Of a stretch of DNA of 64,000 bases, positions 25,239-37,185 are shown piece by piece. Source of the stretch: Octopus bimaculoides (lineage: Eukaryota); contig NC_068981.1 in assembly GCF_001194135.2 (NCBI RefSeq), forward strand, positions 43,224,922 to 43,288,921. The letters run 5' to 3'. Below the pieces are notes generated by a model, which worked only from the letters and a program-made list of their open reading frames with translations, was not told the DNA's origin and searched no databases. A program made the position numbers and the translations under genes. Numbering within the stretch: position 1 is the first letter of the stretch; each line of letters opens with the position of its first letter.

Positions 25239-26399
25239 GTGAGTCATTTTTAGCCCCTATTAGGATGCAGGAGTCTTGAAAACATAACATCTGATATGAC
25301 TTGTTGTTCAGTACAATAGCAGTGACCAGTAAAGTTACCCAACATTGAGTAACAGTAGCAGAGATAGGTGAAATGTGTTTATAAATCCCTCTTTGATTTT
25401 GTGTTTGTGTTATAAAATATGCTGAGCTTTCATGAAAAGCCCGGTGTATATACCACCACTCCTTACTTTGTTTTTGAAAAGAATGTGGATATAGGTAAAC
25501 TGCATGTGGGAAAAAAGAAGGGTTGGTCATGGCTAGAATACTCTTGATAATAAATTTTATTGATAAAGACAGACCTTGGGTTAAACGACAACAAATTCTA
25601 CAAAACTACTAATAAGAAGTAATTCAGAAGTCTCTTCTGTTACCTTAATTCTATTCTTGATGGAGCATGTATATCAAACCTTACTCTAAATAGTCATTAG
25701 TTTAAAAAGAAATAATTAATGGAAATGAAATATTCTTAAACTAATGCTAGTATTTCAGTTAGAGGGAAGTCATATAGATGGTCGATTAACAGATGGAAAT
25801 AACGGCAAATTTCACTCAAATAAAGAAAGAATGTATTTCTCTATATAAACCTAAATATACAAAAAAGATAGGTTGGTCACAACTAGAATTCCATAAGGAA
25901 AATATCTTCCCAACCAGGACTGACTTAACAACAACAACAATAATAATATTGTGGTTAGCTTCCAGCAAACTGTGTGTGCAATGCAGGTTCAATTGTTTGT
26001 TGGTTTACTTCACTGCATTTTATTTTTCTCCACATCTGTGATATCCCATTGCATTTAACAATGTGGTGTGAGATTAGTGCTGCTAAGTTGAGTTTTCTTT
26101 GTAACATTATGTGGAAGCAGTCTTCATTGGTTAACCAATGAACTATTGAGGTTTATGGGACATTCTTTTTTCTCCTTCAGATTGCATCTAAGAAATTTAT
26201 GAGTCAGAACAAACACATTGCACATTGCCAAAATACTAAAACAGAATATTGAAACATTTGGGATCAATTGCAAAAATAAATATAACGAATTCATTAACAT
26301 TTAAATGATTAACATATAAGCACATTAGCATATCATGTTTATTAGACACTCATGGACACAAGAATTCAAAAGAGAAAAATTTTATGTTAATTAGTAATT

Positions 26400-27012
26400 C
26401 TATATCGTAGTCATGACTGATGCCAGTGCCATCTGACTGGCACCTGTGCTGGTGGCATGTAAAAGGCACCATTTGAGCATTGGGCTTCATAGAGGCAGTG
26501 ACATCAAGCCAAGTGAGATCGTAACTGTGACCAATGCTAGTGCTGTGTTGTGTAGTTGATCCGTTTAAAAACACCCTTCAATCGTTAGGTGATGTGCAGT
26601 GCTTGTGAAGACCTGTCAAACTGAGTGAAACTGTAGTCATGGCCAATGCCAGTGCCGTCTGACTGGCACACATGCCAGTGGCACATAAAATGCAACATAT
26701 AAGCTTTGGGCATCATGGAGGCAGTAACTGGTGACCAAGACATTTGGTGATATACTTTGCTTGTGTAGACCTATCAAGCCAAGTGAGACTGTAGTTGTGG
26801 TCAAGCCAGTGTCAGCTCAATGGCACCTGTGCTGGTGGCATGTAAAAACACCCACTACACTCTCGGAGTGGTTGGCATTACGAAGGGCATCCAACCATAG
26901 AAACCTTGCCAAATCAGATCAGTACCTGGTGGAGCCCCACTGGCTAACCAGTTTTCAGTCAAACTGTCCAACCCACACCAGCATGAAAAGCAGACGCTAA
27001 ATGATGATGTTG
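26400..27012 (+). mobile_element. RTE 3' UTR (four modules) and tail
   Basis: Homologous to 18500-18995. Confidence 0.85.
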
Positions 27013-27268
27013 AAGTATAATTTGAAACTCTGCTGATTTCATTTCTATCATATACGTGTGTGTGTGTGTGTGTGTGTGTATACATGTGTGTGTGCATATA
27101 TACACACATATATGTGTGTGTGTATATATATGCATATATACATATATACATGTAGTCTGTGAAGACTATTGTATTAATTATGTAATATTTAGTTATTTAA
27201 TACCCAGTGTGAACTTTATTTACATTATTTACATTTGACGGATATTTGTCCTCATCTTGTTTGTTATT

Positions 27269-27314
27269 AACACAACGTTTCAGCTGATAAACCCTCCAGT
27301 CTTCATCAGGTGTC
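27269..27314 (-). ncRNA. Minimal type I hammerhead ribozyme-like motif of a Penelope-like element (partly decayed)
   Basis: Minus strand: GACAC-CUGAUGA-A-GACUG(loop)CAGCU-GAAAC-GUU/GUGUU. Stem I GACAC:GUGUU; palindromic AACGUU stem III; stem II has one mismatch and one G-U pair. Confidence 0.65.
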
Positions 27315-27360
27315 TCGGGGAAATTTCAAACCTAAGGAATAGCCGAAGGAGATATCTTGT

Positions 27361-27429
27361 ATCTGCTTGGAATTGAACTTGGAATCTTCGGGTTAGTAGC
27401 CTGTGCTCTTAACCACTATGCCATATGCC
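27361..27429 (-). promoter_or_regulatory. tRNA-like A/B-box module inside the Penelope-like 3' region
   Basis: Minus strand: ggcatatggcatagtggttaagagcacaggctactaacccgaagattccaagttcaattccaagc, with A-box TGGCATAGTGG and B-box-like AGTTCAATTCC. Confidence 0.6.
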
Positions 27430-27459
27430 TGTGGGCAATTATGGAGTGAAATTTAGGGC

Positions 27460-27728
27460 TTATAAATCTAATATTTTTCTATCCTTCCTTAATACTGGTT
27501 CCCATATGCTATTCATATCTGCACCTGGTCTGCTTAGGAGATTGTTGTGTCCTAGCATATGTGCTGCTTCTTTTAATTTTTGTAATTTCCAGTGGTCTTC
27601 TCTGTCTATTATTTTAACTTCATCTCACCGGGGGAGATGTTCTCCATTTTTCGATACATGATCAGCTATACCAGATTTATCAATATCTCCTCGTGTCACA
27701 GCTTTGCAATGTTTGTCTACCCTTATTT
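27460..27728 (-). pseudogene. Penelope-like element GIY-YIG endonuclease C-terminal fragment
   Basis: KIRVDKHCKAVTRGDIDKSGIADHVSKNGEHLPR*DEVKIIDREDHWKLQKLKEAAHMLGHNNLLSRPGADMNSIWEPVLRKDRKILDL* matches the PLE pattern RxxEH...KSxxAxH...W...KIL/I...KEA. Confidence 0.8.
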
Positions 27729-27735
27729 TGAGGGG

Positions 27736-28454
27736 GCAGCCTCCAGACGACTTTGGAATCTCCTGCAACTTTTCTGGATGGTCTCCTTGTTTAAGTCGGT
27801 GAATGCTGCCACAATCCTTGCCTTCAATTCATCTTTGCTGTTACATGGGGTTTTGTTTGTCTCTTGCTCAACTGTGACCCACACATAATAATCAAGGGGG
27901 TTGCAGTCTGGAGATTTAGGTGACCAGATTTTAGGAGTGATGTGGTCGCAGAAATTGTCTGACAGTCATGACTGGGTTCTCCTGCTTATGTGGCATGGTG
28001 CAAAATCCTGTTACCAGATATAATTTCTTTCCAGCAGTCACCCTCTTCACTACCTCCTCTAGGCATTTAATATAGGTTTCCATATTGATGTGAGGCCATG
28101 TGGGAAGATGAATGGAGGCATAACATCACCATCACTAGTGATCAGTCCAAACAACATGATGTTGAATGGATGTTTGATTGTTATTACTCTTGGTACATGT
28201 CCTCAGATTTCACAGTCTTCAGAATGTCACCCAAACACTCCGAAGACAGAATTGGAGCTTCTAGCATGAATGCCAAGCAGTACAACATGTTGTTTCCAAA
28301 TTTTTGGAGTGAATTACATCATGGTGCTATTTTCCTCACAGATAGTGCCCAACTAACCCTACTATACTGTGTAGTTGACAAAATCAAAAGCAAACAATGT
28401 GCATGCGTGAAATAAAAAATATAAAATGACGACAATTTACTCATCACACCCTCT
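27736..28454 (-). mobile_element. maT (DD37D) Tc1/mariner deletion derivative, copy 2
   Basis: Minus strand: IW*QDFAPCHISRRTQS*LSDNFCDHITPKIWSPKSPDCNPLDYYVW, with 37 residues between the catalytic Ds. TIR-like end (ta)gagggtgtgatgagtaaattgtcg near 28454. Confidence 0.85.
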
Positions 28455-28512
28455 ATATACATATATCTATATGCGTATGGATATATAGATACACACACAC
28501 ACACATATATAT

Positions 28513-28555
<43 letters not shown>

Positions 28556-29027
28556 AATGTAATAATTTTTAAAATAGCACAGATATTATTCAAGATGGAT
28601 ATATATATTTTCAATAAAGCTGAATAAAATGTGAAGCAATGTAAATATGCTGCTTTATGTATCTTCAAGTAAGTATGTATTTCTCAGTACTTTGACACAC
28701 CATTTATCTTATTCAAATATTAATAAATATGTAATTCAATAGATAAATATCTATTTAAATGTCTAAAGGCTTGAGATGTGTTATTATTAAGATAATAATT
28801 TCCAGACTATTAACCTCATCTTTTCAGTGTTTATTTACAAATTGTATATCAACACTGAATATTGAATCAGTTCAACCTCCGATCGACAGCATGTTATGAA
28901 CATTGTAACACCATGGATTTGAAATAAAACCATTCTTCTTTAGCCTTGGGTTGGCTTTCTATGAGTAAACCTCTGATAGTAGGCACTCTAGGCATGAACC
29001 ATCTCTTTATTATTTCAATTTTGCAAA

Positions 29028-29248
29028 GGCGGTGAGCTGGCAGAACTGTTAGCATGCTAGGTAAACTGCTTACCAGTATTTCGTCTGCCACTACATTCTG
29101 AGTTCAAATTCTGCTGACGTCCACTTTTCCTTTCATCTTTTTGGGGTTGATAAATTAAGTACCAGTTGCATGCTGGAGTTGATCAAATCGACTGGCTCCC
29201 TCCCCCAAAATTTCAGGCCTTGTGCCTATAACAGAAAGGATTATTATT
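29028..29248 (+). mobile_element. Complete tRNA-derived SINE (octopus OR-type-like)
   Basis: ggcggtgagctggcagaa...gagttcaaattctgc...cctttcatc...gataaattaagtaccagttgcatgctgg...(att)n. Minus-strand relatives at 50165-50560. Confidence 0.8.
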
Positions 29249-29839
29249 TCAGTTTTCATATATCTGTATCTTTTTTTAAGATAGTTTAGTGTAGTTTGAG
29301 GTGGATTTGACTGCTATTTCTAGCAGACCATGTGACTACATATAGATTACTAACCTGCCTTCAAGAACCTTTACTTTTTAACTAAGTGTACAGATGCATG
29401 CTGTAATAAATAACCTGACAACAATTTTAGTTCAGAGCGATTAAAAAGAAGCGTAAGTGTATATATTTTAAATATGAATACTAAATATATATAAAAAAAC
29501 ATTAACTAAGTTTAAGATTTTAGGTCTGCAAGTCCTGAAAATTATAAACATAATCAATATTTGCTGTTGCTTCAACTAAAACATTTAATTAATGTAATGA
29601 ATCTGTCAATCTTCCCATACTTCTCGTACCTGGTAGTGCTATTAATTTACACATAACTAATATTTTCTTCATGCTTGCAGGAACAGCAAATATCTTAGAA
29701 AAAGCAGTACATTCTCAAATAATCATACCGAAGGAAGACAGTCTCCATTTCATAAGCATTCTAAAAGTATTTAATAAAGTACGACGGGTGATATATGACA
29801 TGTTATATGAAAATTTATAGCATAACCAAAATCCTAATA

Positions 29840-31130
29840 AGTAGGAAGGTAGATAAAACACAAACCCCTTCAGGTAGATGTCCCTGCTCAGTATGTAGAA
29901 AAGGAGTAGGTAGTAACTCTATAAGATGTACCCGGTGCAAGCTATGGACACATAAGAGGTGCAGCAACATCAAAGGCAGGTTAACTAGCAAGTTAGTTTT
30001 TGTTTGTGGCAGATGTTCAGGTGCAATAAAGACTGTAAACAAACAGGAAACAACTTCTATCTCATTCCAGGGTGAAAAACTAGAGGTAGTCGATAGCTTC
30101 CGCTATCTGGGCGACCAAGTTAGTAGTGGGGGTGGGTGCACTGAAAGTGTAGCAGCTAGAATAAGAATAGCCTGGGCNNNNNNNNNNNNNNNNNNNNNNN
30201 NNNNNNNNNNNNNNNNNNNNNNNNNNNNNNNNNNNNNNNNNNNNNNNNNNNNNNNNNNNNNNNNNNNNNNNNNNNNNNNNNNNNNNNNNNNNNNNNNNNN
30301 NNNNNNNNNNNNNNNNNNNNNNNNNNNNNNNNNNNNNNNNNNNNNNNNNNNNNNNNNNNNNNNNNNNNNNNNNNNNNNNNNNNNNNNNNNNNNNNNNNNN
30401 NNNNNNNNNNNNNNNNNNNNNNNNNNNNNNNNNNNNNNNNNNNNNNNNNNNNNNNNNNNNNNNNNNNNNNNNNNNNNNNNNNNNNNNNNNNNNNNNNNNN
30501 NNNNNNNNNNNNNNNNNNNNNNNNNNNNNNNNNNNNNNNNNNNNNNNNNNNNNNNNNNNNNNNNNNNNNNNNNNNNNNNNNNNNNNNNNNNNNNNNNNNN
30601 NNNNNNNNNNNNNNNNNNNNNNNNNNNNNNNNNNNNNNNNNNNNNNNNNNNNNNNNNNNNNNNNNNNNNNNNNNNNNNNNNNNNNNNNNNNNNNNNNNNN
30701 NNNNNNNNNNNNNNNNNNNNNNNNNNNNNNNNNNNNNNNNNNNNNNNNNNNNNNNNNNNNNNNNNNNNNNNNNNNNNNNNNNNNNNNNNNNNNNNNNNNN
30801 NNNNNNNNNNNNGCCGTTGCCAGTACCGCCTGACTGGCTCCCGTAGGATTTTCGAGCGAGATCGTTGCCAGTGCCCCTGGACTGGCTTGTGCGGGTGGCA
30901 CATAAAAGACACCATTTCGAGCGTGGCCGTTTTCGTGCGGGTGACATGTAAAAGCACCCACTACACTCTCTGAGTGGTTGGCGTTAGGAAGGGCATCCAG
31001 CTGTAGAAACTCTGCCAAATCAGACTGGAGCCTAGTGTTGCCATCCGGCTTCACCAGTCCTCAGTCAAATCGTCCAACCCATGCTAGCATGGAAAGCGGA
31101 CGTTAAACGACGATGATGATGATGATGATG
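29840..31130 (+). mobile_element. Young 5'-truncated RTE LINE with a Cys/His zinc-finger insertion in RT (gap 30178-30812)
   Basis: Open frame PSGRCPCSVCRKGVGSNSIRCTRCKLWTHKRCSNIKGRLTSKLVFVCGRC...LEVVDSFRYLGDQVSSGGGCTESVAARIRIAW, then UTR modules and (GAT)n tail. Confidence 0.9.
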
Positions 31131-31311
31131 TAGTTGAGAGAAAGGTATGGGAAGCCAAAAGGAACAACAGCTACTGAGCACAACTCCATAATGTAGACAT
31201 TGTTGAAAGAGAGAGAAGGAGAGAGAAAAGGAGAGAGAGGAGAGAGAAAAACATCTATAACTGACATACAGTAATAAGTTAAAACAAAGAGAGAACTCAC
31301 TGTGGACAGCA

Positions 31312-31518
31312 TTAACCCTTTAACATTTAAACCAGCCATATTTGGCCAAAATATTCTACCTGTTTTATCTTCAAACTGGCCAGATCTGGCCTCTCACACT
31401 TACCCTACAATATTATTATAAAAATAAACACTCATGTCATAATGCATGACTAATTCATGTTGATGTGATTAAGTAAGCATTACACTTGAACAGAGTAATC
31501 TAAATACTAAAAGGTTAA
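31312..31518. mobile_element. piggyBac-type MITE
   Basis: TTAA-CCCTTTAACATTTA...TAAATACTAAAAGG-TTAA. Confidence 0.65.
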
Positions 31519-32721
31519 TAGCAAGAAATGAATAACAGATAAATAGTACAGATGGCCTAGTTACAGATGAAGGATCAGTAGGTATGACCTTTGTGTAGCA
31601 CTTCTGAACTTATGAGAAAAGGAAGGAATAATCTGCAGACCAAAAACTCAATTGGTTAAAATCTCTGCAATAGCCTGGTCCTACTAAAGTCACCCAAGTG
31701 CCAGGTGGTAGCTTTAAATTAGGCAATAGATAATGTCTTTGATCCAAGAATATATATATCATTAATGCATCTGACAGGCTTCTACACAACTTCTATCTTC
31801 CCAGCTTTGTTCACATAGCTTTAATCCAACCTGAGGTTAGAGCAGAAGACACTTGGCCAAAGTGCCATGTTCTAGGATCAAATCCAAAACTATGTAATTG
31901 TGAAGCAAACTCCTCAGCCACATAATGGTCGAGAAACTAATATGCAAGAAGACTAAGATTACAATAGGATAATAAACTGAATCACAGATTGAAAATATTC
32001 CAAGATCTCCTCAGGTCTGAGGAAAATAGATATTGCTACTTTGGATAGCATTTCCATAACAGTTGATGGACATTAATTAACTCAAAGATCTGTGGAAATA
32101 CCTGGAGATATATGACAAGGCCTCAAATATCATTCAAGGAATATATATTGAAATATTGGAAAAGTGCTAAAATGAAGTAGAACCTGAAGTTTAGCTGAAA
32201 CTGGAAGTGTCAATACTTTACAAAATTCAATTTATTTTGAAGGTCGTTTGCAGACAGGCCAAATGTTACAATAAATACATAAATGTATCTGTAAAATTCT
32301 GAAGTTCTAAATTGAATATTTATTATCTTAATTCTTCCATTAGATAATTATTTTGAAATTAAAATTTGCAAAGTCCCAATCTATAGGTCTTTGATTCATT
32401 GTCAGAAACAGTATTATATCTGAAAATTTATCTAGTTTTTTTATGGTTTATATATATATACATATATATATTTATGTATCATCATCATCATCATCATCAT
32501 CATTGTTTTATGCTTGCTTTTCATGCCAGAATGGATTCTATGGGTTGTCATGGTCAAAGTTACCATGTGTTTTGAAGATAGGCTGGGGAACTTGAATTTC
32601 ATTTTTGGCTTGGTTTGCATGACTGGATGCCTTTTCTGACACTAACCACTTTACAAAGGGTAAAGGGTGCATTTTGCATGATAACAGTATAAGAAAGGCA
32701 ATTGTATATGCATGTATGTGT

Positions 32722-32801
<80 letters not shown>

Positions 32802-32802
<1 letters not shown>

Positions 32803-33095
32803 TGATCATCATCGTTTAACGTCTATTTTCCATGCAGGCATGGGTTGGTTTGAATGAGAGATGGCAAGCCAGATGGCTGCACCAGGCTCCAATCTGATCT
32901 GGCAATGTTTCTACAGCTGGATGCCCTTCCTAACGCCAACCACTTTGAGAGTGTAGTGGGTGCATCCAGCTGTAGAAACTTTGCCAGATCAGATTGGAGC
33001 TTGGTGCAGCCTTCTGGCTCACCAGTCCTCATTCAAATATTGAACCCATGCCAGAATAGAAATCAGATGTTAAACGATGATGACGACGACAATGA

Positions 33096-33098
<3 letters not shown>
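32802..33098. mobile_element. Head-to-head pair of RTE tails forming a 56-bp fold-back
   Basis: Arms 32869-32924 and 32962-33017 (3 mismatches); (CAT)n on the left end and (GAT/GAC)n on the right end. Confidence 0.85.
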
Positions 33099-33136
<38 letters not shown>

Positions 33137-33137
33137 A

Positions 33138-33420
33138 GGATGTATGGCCTAGTGGTTAAGGTGTAGTGCTCATGATGTGAGCTCATGGTTTCAATTCCTC
33201 GACCGGGTAGTGTATTGGGTGCTTGAGCAAAAGTAGATATATCTCACATTGCTCTGTGATCACTTTGACACCTGATGAGTAGTACACTGTGCACCTGTTC
33301 ATATAACATTGATTTGTTGGAGGGAGTGAGCTAATGTACAGTATATACATTTGATCACTATAAGCAAATCATTTGTACTGTTTGTTTGGCAAATGCTGAA
33401 CACTCATATGTCATCTTTGA
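33138..33420 (+). mobile_element. tRNA-derived SINE (third family)
   Basis: A-box tggcctagtggtt, B-box-like ggtttcaattcc, central ttgagcaa...cacattgctc domain. Confidence 0.65.
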
Positions 33421-33439
33421 TGGAAGAAGCCATCATATA

Positions 33440-33709
33440 TATATCATCATCATCATCATCATCATCATTTCCATGCTGGTATGGAAATGATGATGATGCT
33501 TTCCATGCTAGCATGGGTTGGACGATTTGACTGAGGATTGGTGAACTAGATGGCTGCACCAGGCTCCAATTTGATCTGGTAGAGTTTCTACAGCTGGATG
33601 CCCTTCCTAACACCAACCACTTCGAGAGTGTAGTGGATGCTTTTTCGTGACACCAGCATGCGAGACAGTCAGTTGGTACTGGCAACGGCCATGCTCAAAT
33701 GGTGGTTTT

Positions 33710-33710
<1 letters not shown>
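33440..33710 (-). mobile_element. RTE 3' tail
   Basis: ttccatgctagcatgggttggacgatttgactgagga...gagagtgtagtgg. Confidence 0.85.
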
Positions 33711-33756
<46 letters not shown>

Positions 33757-33758
<2 letters not shown>

Positions 33759-33970
33759 AAATGCGGAGTAGATGGAGCAGGGACAACTGAAGAAGGGTAA
33801 TATTATTTATGTTGCATGTCTCGTTTCTCTGTTTGTTTTTTTTTGTTGTTCGAAAAAAAGTTCGTTTTCTGTCTTGATCTTTAAGTTTTCGTTTCTCATT
33901 GTGTTTAACGTTATTTGTGATGTCCTGTACCCATATATGCTTGTATGTATACATATAGATGTCGGCATGT
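33757..33970 (+). repeat. Unclassified interspersed repeat (second copy on the minus strand at about 47930-48110)
   Basis: Both copies share caaaat...gacaa/caacaa-ctgaNgaaggg...tttatgttg...gttcgaaa...gatgtcctgt. Confidence 0.6.
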
Positions 33971-34544
33971 ACATATATGTATGGATATATGCATATAATT
34001 ATATATTATTTATATTATTATATGATTGAATGCCACGCATTGCCTCCAAGTAAGTTTTATTATATATATATGTATGTATATATATATATATNNNNNNNNN
34101 NNNNNNNNNNNNNNNNNNNNNNNNNNNNNNNNNNNNNNNNNNNNNNNNNNNNNNNNNNNNNNNNNNNNNNNNNNNNNNNNNNNNNNNNNNNNNNNNNNNN
34201 NNNNNNNNNNNNNNNNNNNNNNNNNNNNNNNNNNNNNNNNNNNNNNNNNNNNNNNNNNNNNNNNNNNNNNNNNNNNNNNNNNNNNNNNNNNNNNNNNNNN
34301 NNNNNNNNNNNNNNNNNNNNNNNNNNNNNNNNNNNNNNNNNNNNNNNNNNNNNNNNNNNNNNNNNNNNNNNNNNNNNNNNNNNNNNNNNNNNNNNNNNNN
34401 NNNNNNNNNNNNNNNNNNNNNNNNNNNNNNNNNNNNNNNNNNNNNNATATATATATATATATATATATACATGTATATATCAGTTCAAGAGGGCAAGATA
34501 CATCTACATATGTGTGTGTGTGTATATCAAGGATTTAATTGCTT

Positions 34545-35030
34545 TCACATTCAGCAATGCCTGCTCTTTTACAGATGACATTACCCTTCATTTCTCCTTA
34601 ACTTTTCCCAATCATGCATTTTCCATAGCCTAGCCACATCATGCTAAACCTGCATAGATACCTTGAAAGCATTCTTCAGTTGGTCCATGACAATTTTATT
34701 TCTTTTAGCAGCATAAAATGCTCAGTCACTACTCACATAAAAAAAAAAAAAATACCAGTGTACCACTGTCCTACTAAATATCAGCAGAACTCTGCTATGA
34801 AATTCACTCACTCCAAATGTTGAGCCTCTGTTATCAGTGATGATCTCTATTTGTGAAAGCACATCCTTAGCATTGCTAGGATCACATTCCCAAGACTGTC
34901 TTCCTTTTCAGAAACAGAAATTATTTAATCCTTCACCAGCTACTGGTACTCTACAAGGCTCAAGTGTGGCTCCAAGTGATGTACTACAACTATACCTGGA
35001 ATAGTAAACATTGAATAAAGAAATGCATGG
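34545..35030 (+). pseudogene. Degenerate CR1-clade-like reverse transcriptase C-terminal fragment
   Basis: CSFTDDITLHFS (YADD-like motif) and LYKAQVWLQVMYYNYTW (resembling LYKAQVRPxLEYCSxIW). Confidence 0.65.
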
Positions 35031-37140
35031 TCACTACAGCATATCATTTATGACTTAGAATTAGAATTTTACTGCCTTGGTTTAAAATATGTAGGCTTTA
35101 AAAGTCTTCTGTGAGGACCCCATATATAAATAAGTTGCTGTGATACTATTGAAGGCTTTGCCTTAATATAATTTGCCTATGTATATCCTGGCAGAAATCA
35201 TTCCTCTTACTTTTGTATCAAAGGAAAAAGTAAAGTTAACAGTAGGAGGAAAGAAAAGACAATAGTTTTCTAGTGCCGTTCTTACTCTCAGTTATTGTGT
35301 TGCAAGTAATCTGTAACAGTCAAGTGGACAGGTCTACTGAAAGTTAAGCTAATGAAATTCTTGTATAATATTCTTATTCCTTATATAACAGAGCTCTGTT
35401 ATACAAATAGGCTGACTGGGTTGTTGAGTAAGTAGTAGATTGGCTGTAGACACAGCAGAATACCATGAGAATATGAACTTTTGAACCCAGGACCAGTAAG
35501 TAAGCATCATATTAACTTGGTGATCTGTGACTCTACTATTCCCATATGCTATTTAAATAAATTTTCCTTTGATTATATGAAAACCAGTGCTGTCAAATTC
35601 CTTTACAGGCCAATGTTAATCCTTAGGAAGAGCAATTAATGTTGCTAAAGAAACATTGTTAGAAGCAATCAATCATGCTTAACCATATAGCTGTAAGAAT
35701 GGCAAATTAAGCACAATTCCTCAGATAGAGAGAAGTTCAGTGGCTGTTAAATTGATTTCATTCTTTCAAAGATAATATAGTTTGCAAAAATTGTATTATA
35801 TAAGCTCAGAGCCAGGCTTTATAGAAAACAAAGCTATAATGAAGTGAATGGAATTTTGTACATTACTGGTACTTACAGGAGTAATTTTGTATATTACTGG
35901 TACAGTACAAAAGTGTAGTTAAATGCATTATTCCAAGCAGAATTGAAATGTTAAATTGGAACGGTTGAAACTAAACCCTCGCTACCAGCATTGCCAACAA
36001 CATAAACTACACAATCTCTCCATCAATAGTGGCCAGCAACAGCAATAACAACAACAGTAACCACAATCACCATCATTATAATAAAAAATGTTACAACAGC
36101 TCCCATAAACTATAATACTATCTCCACCACCAATCCCATCACCCACAAAAGAAACATCTTTGCTGCCACTTTCTCCACCAACATATATACAAGACAACAT
36201 TTGTTTGCCAACAATGTGGAATTCAGATAGAAATATAGACACCCTCTCCAGGGACCTGACCTACTCAAACCATCAAAAGAGAAAACATAAGTAGGATCCA
36301 CAATCACAGATGCATGAACAGAAAAACCAGATTAGTCAACAAACTTACTTAGTTCAGACAATGAAATATGTGAGGAATGGGGCTCTATATAGCATGTGAA
36401 AAAAGAAAGACAACCTGGAACAGTTGTGACCCTATGTTTTAATTAAAATGTGACTAAAACTAACTCCAAAAACATGCTTTTCTAGAGAGTTATTATTACT
36501 GTTATCCTATATGGGTGGTAAGTAACCAAAATGACAGCTATATACCACTTGAAATTAATATAAAGTACACCATCATATCATGATCCTAGGGAAGCACAGA
36601 AAAATCATTTATCTTAGATCAATACCCCAAAAGCCAATCAAAACTCAAAGGGTGAGGCAGATGTTGATCACTGTTAGAAACGCACACAAAATTCCCGACT
36701 TAGTTTACTTCAAGAGTGGTGATTCTATAAAATTCGTGTAGAGAGTTATGTGCTATACTCACACTAGCACCAAACAACAGAGTGCTTTCTGTCTTGAAAA
36801 CAACACCACAGCCACAATAACATCAGCAGAAAGAGTAATACTAATACCATCAACAAATTTCTGAGGCAGTGAAGAAGATAACTATCACTGCCTTCGATGC
36901 ATGAAACCTCACATGAGTTTTTCTCTCTACAAGAACAACATCAATATCACCACCAATGCAAATATAGACATGCATAAACCAGTCCTTATCTTTTCCCCTC
37001 CGGATTATCATCAAATAATAATGGGGAAGAAGGGAACAGTATATGAGTGTGTGTATCCCTCTCTCCATCAATCTATCTTTCTACGCACACACACATGTGC
37101 ACACATGCATACAGATGTGTGGTGTGTATATGTGTGCCTC

Positions 37141-37185
<45 letters not shown>

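Noticed and set aside
29681-29820. Plus-strand acceptor followed by a 46-codon open frame
   Set aside because: No linked upstream exon, no homology, and it abuts the RTE 5' truncation.
30080-31054. ORFs of 263-392 aa
   Set aside because: Their length comes from the 635-nt N gap; only the plus-strand RTE portion is real.
33781-33870. CUGAAGA...GAAA hammerhead-like words (also on the minus strand near 48000-48070)
   Set aside because: I could not form a convincing stem I or stem II.
35384-35403. Perfect 20-bp palindrome tataacagagctctgttata
   Set aside because: Not clearly beyond chance in 64 kb of AT-rich DNA, and it has no supporting context.
36863-36894. 10-bp hairpin starting aggcagtg (miR-34-like seed)
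   Set aside because: The stem is too short for a pre-miRNA and the rest does not match the miR-34 family.
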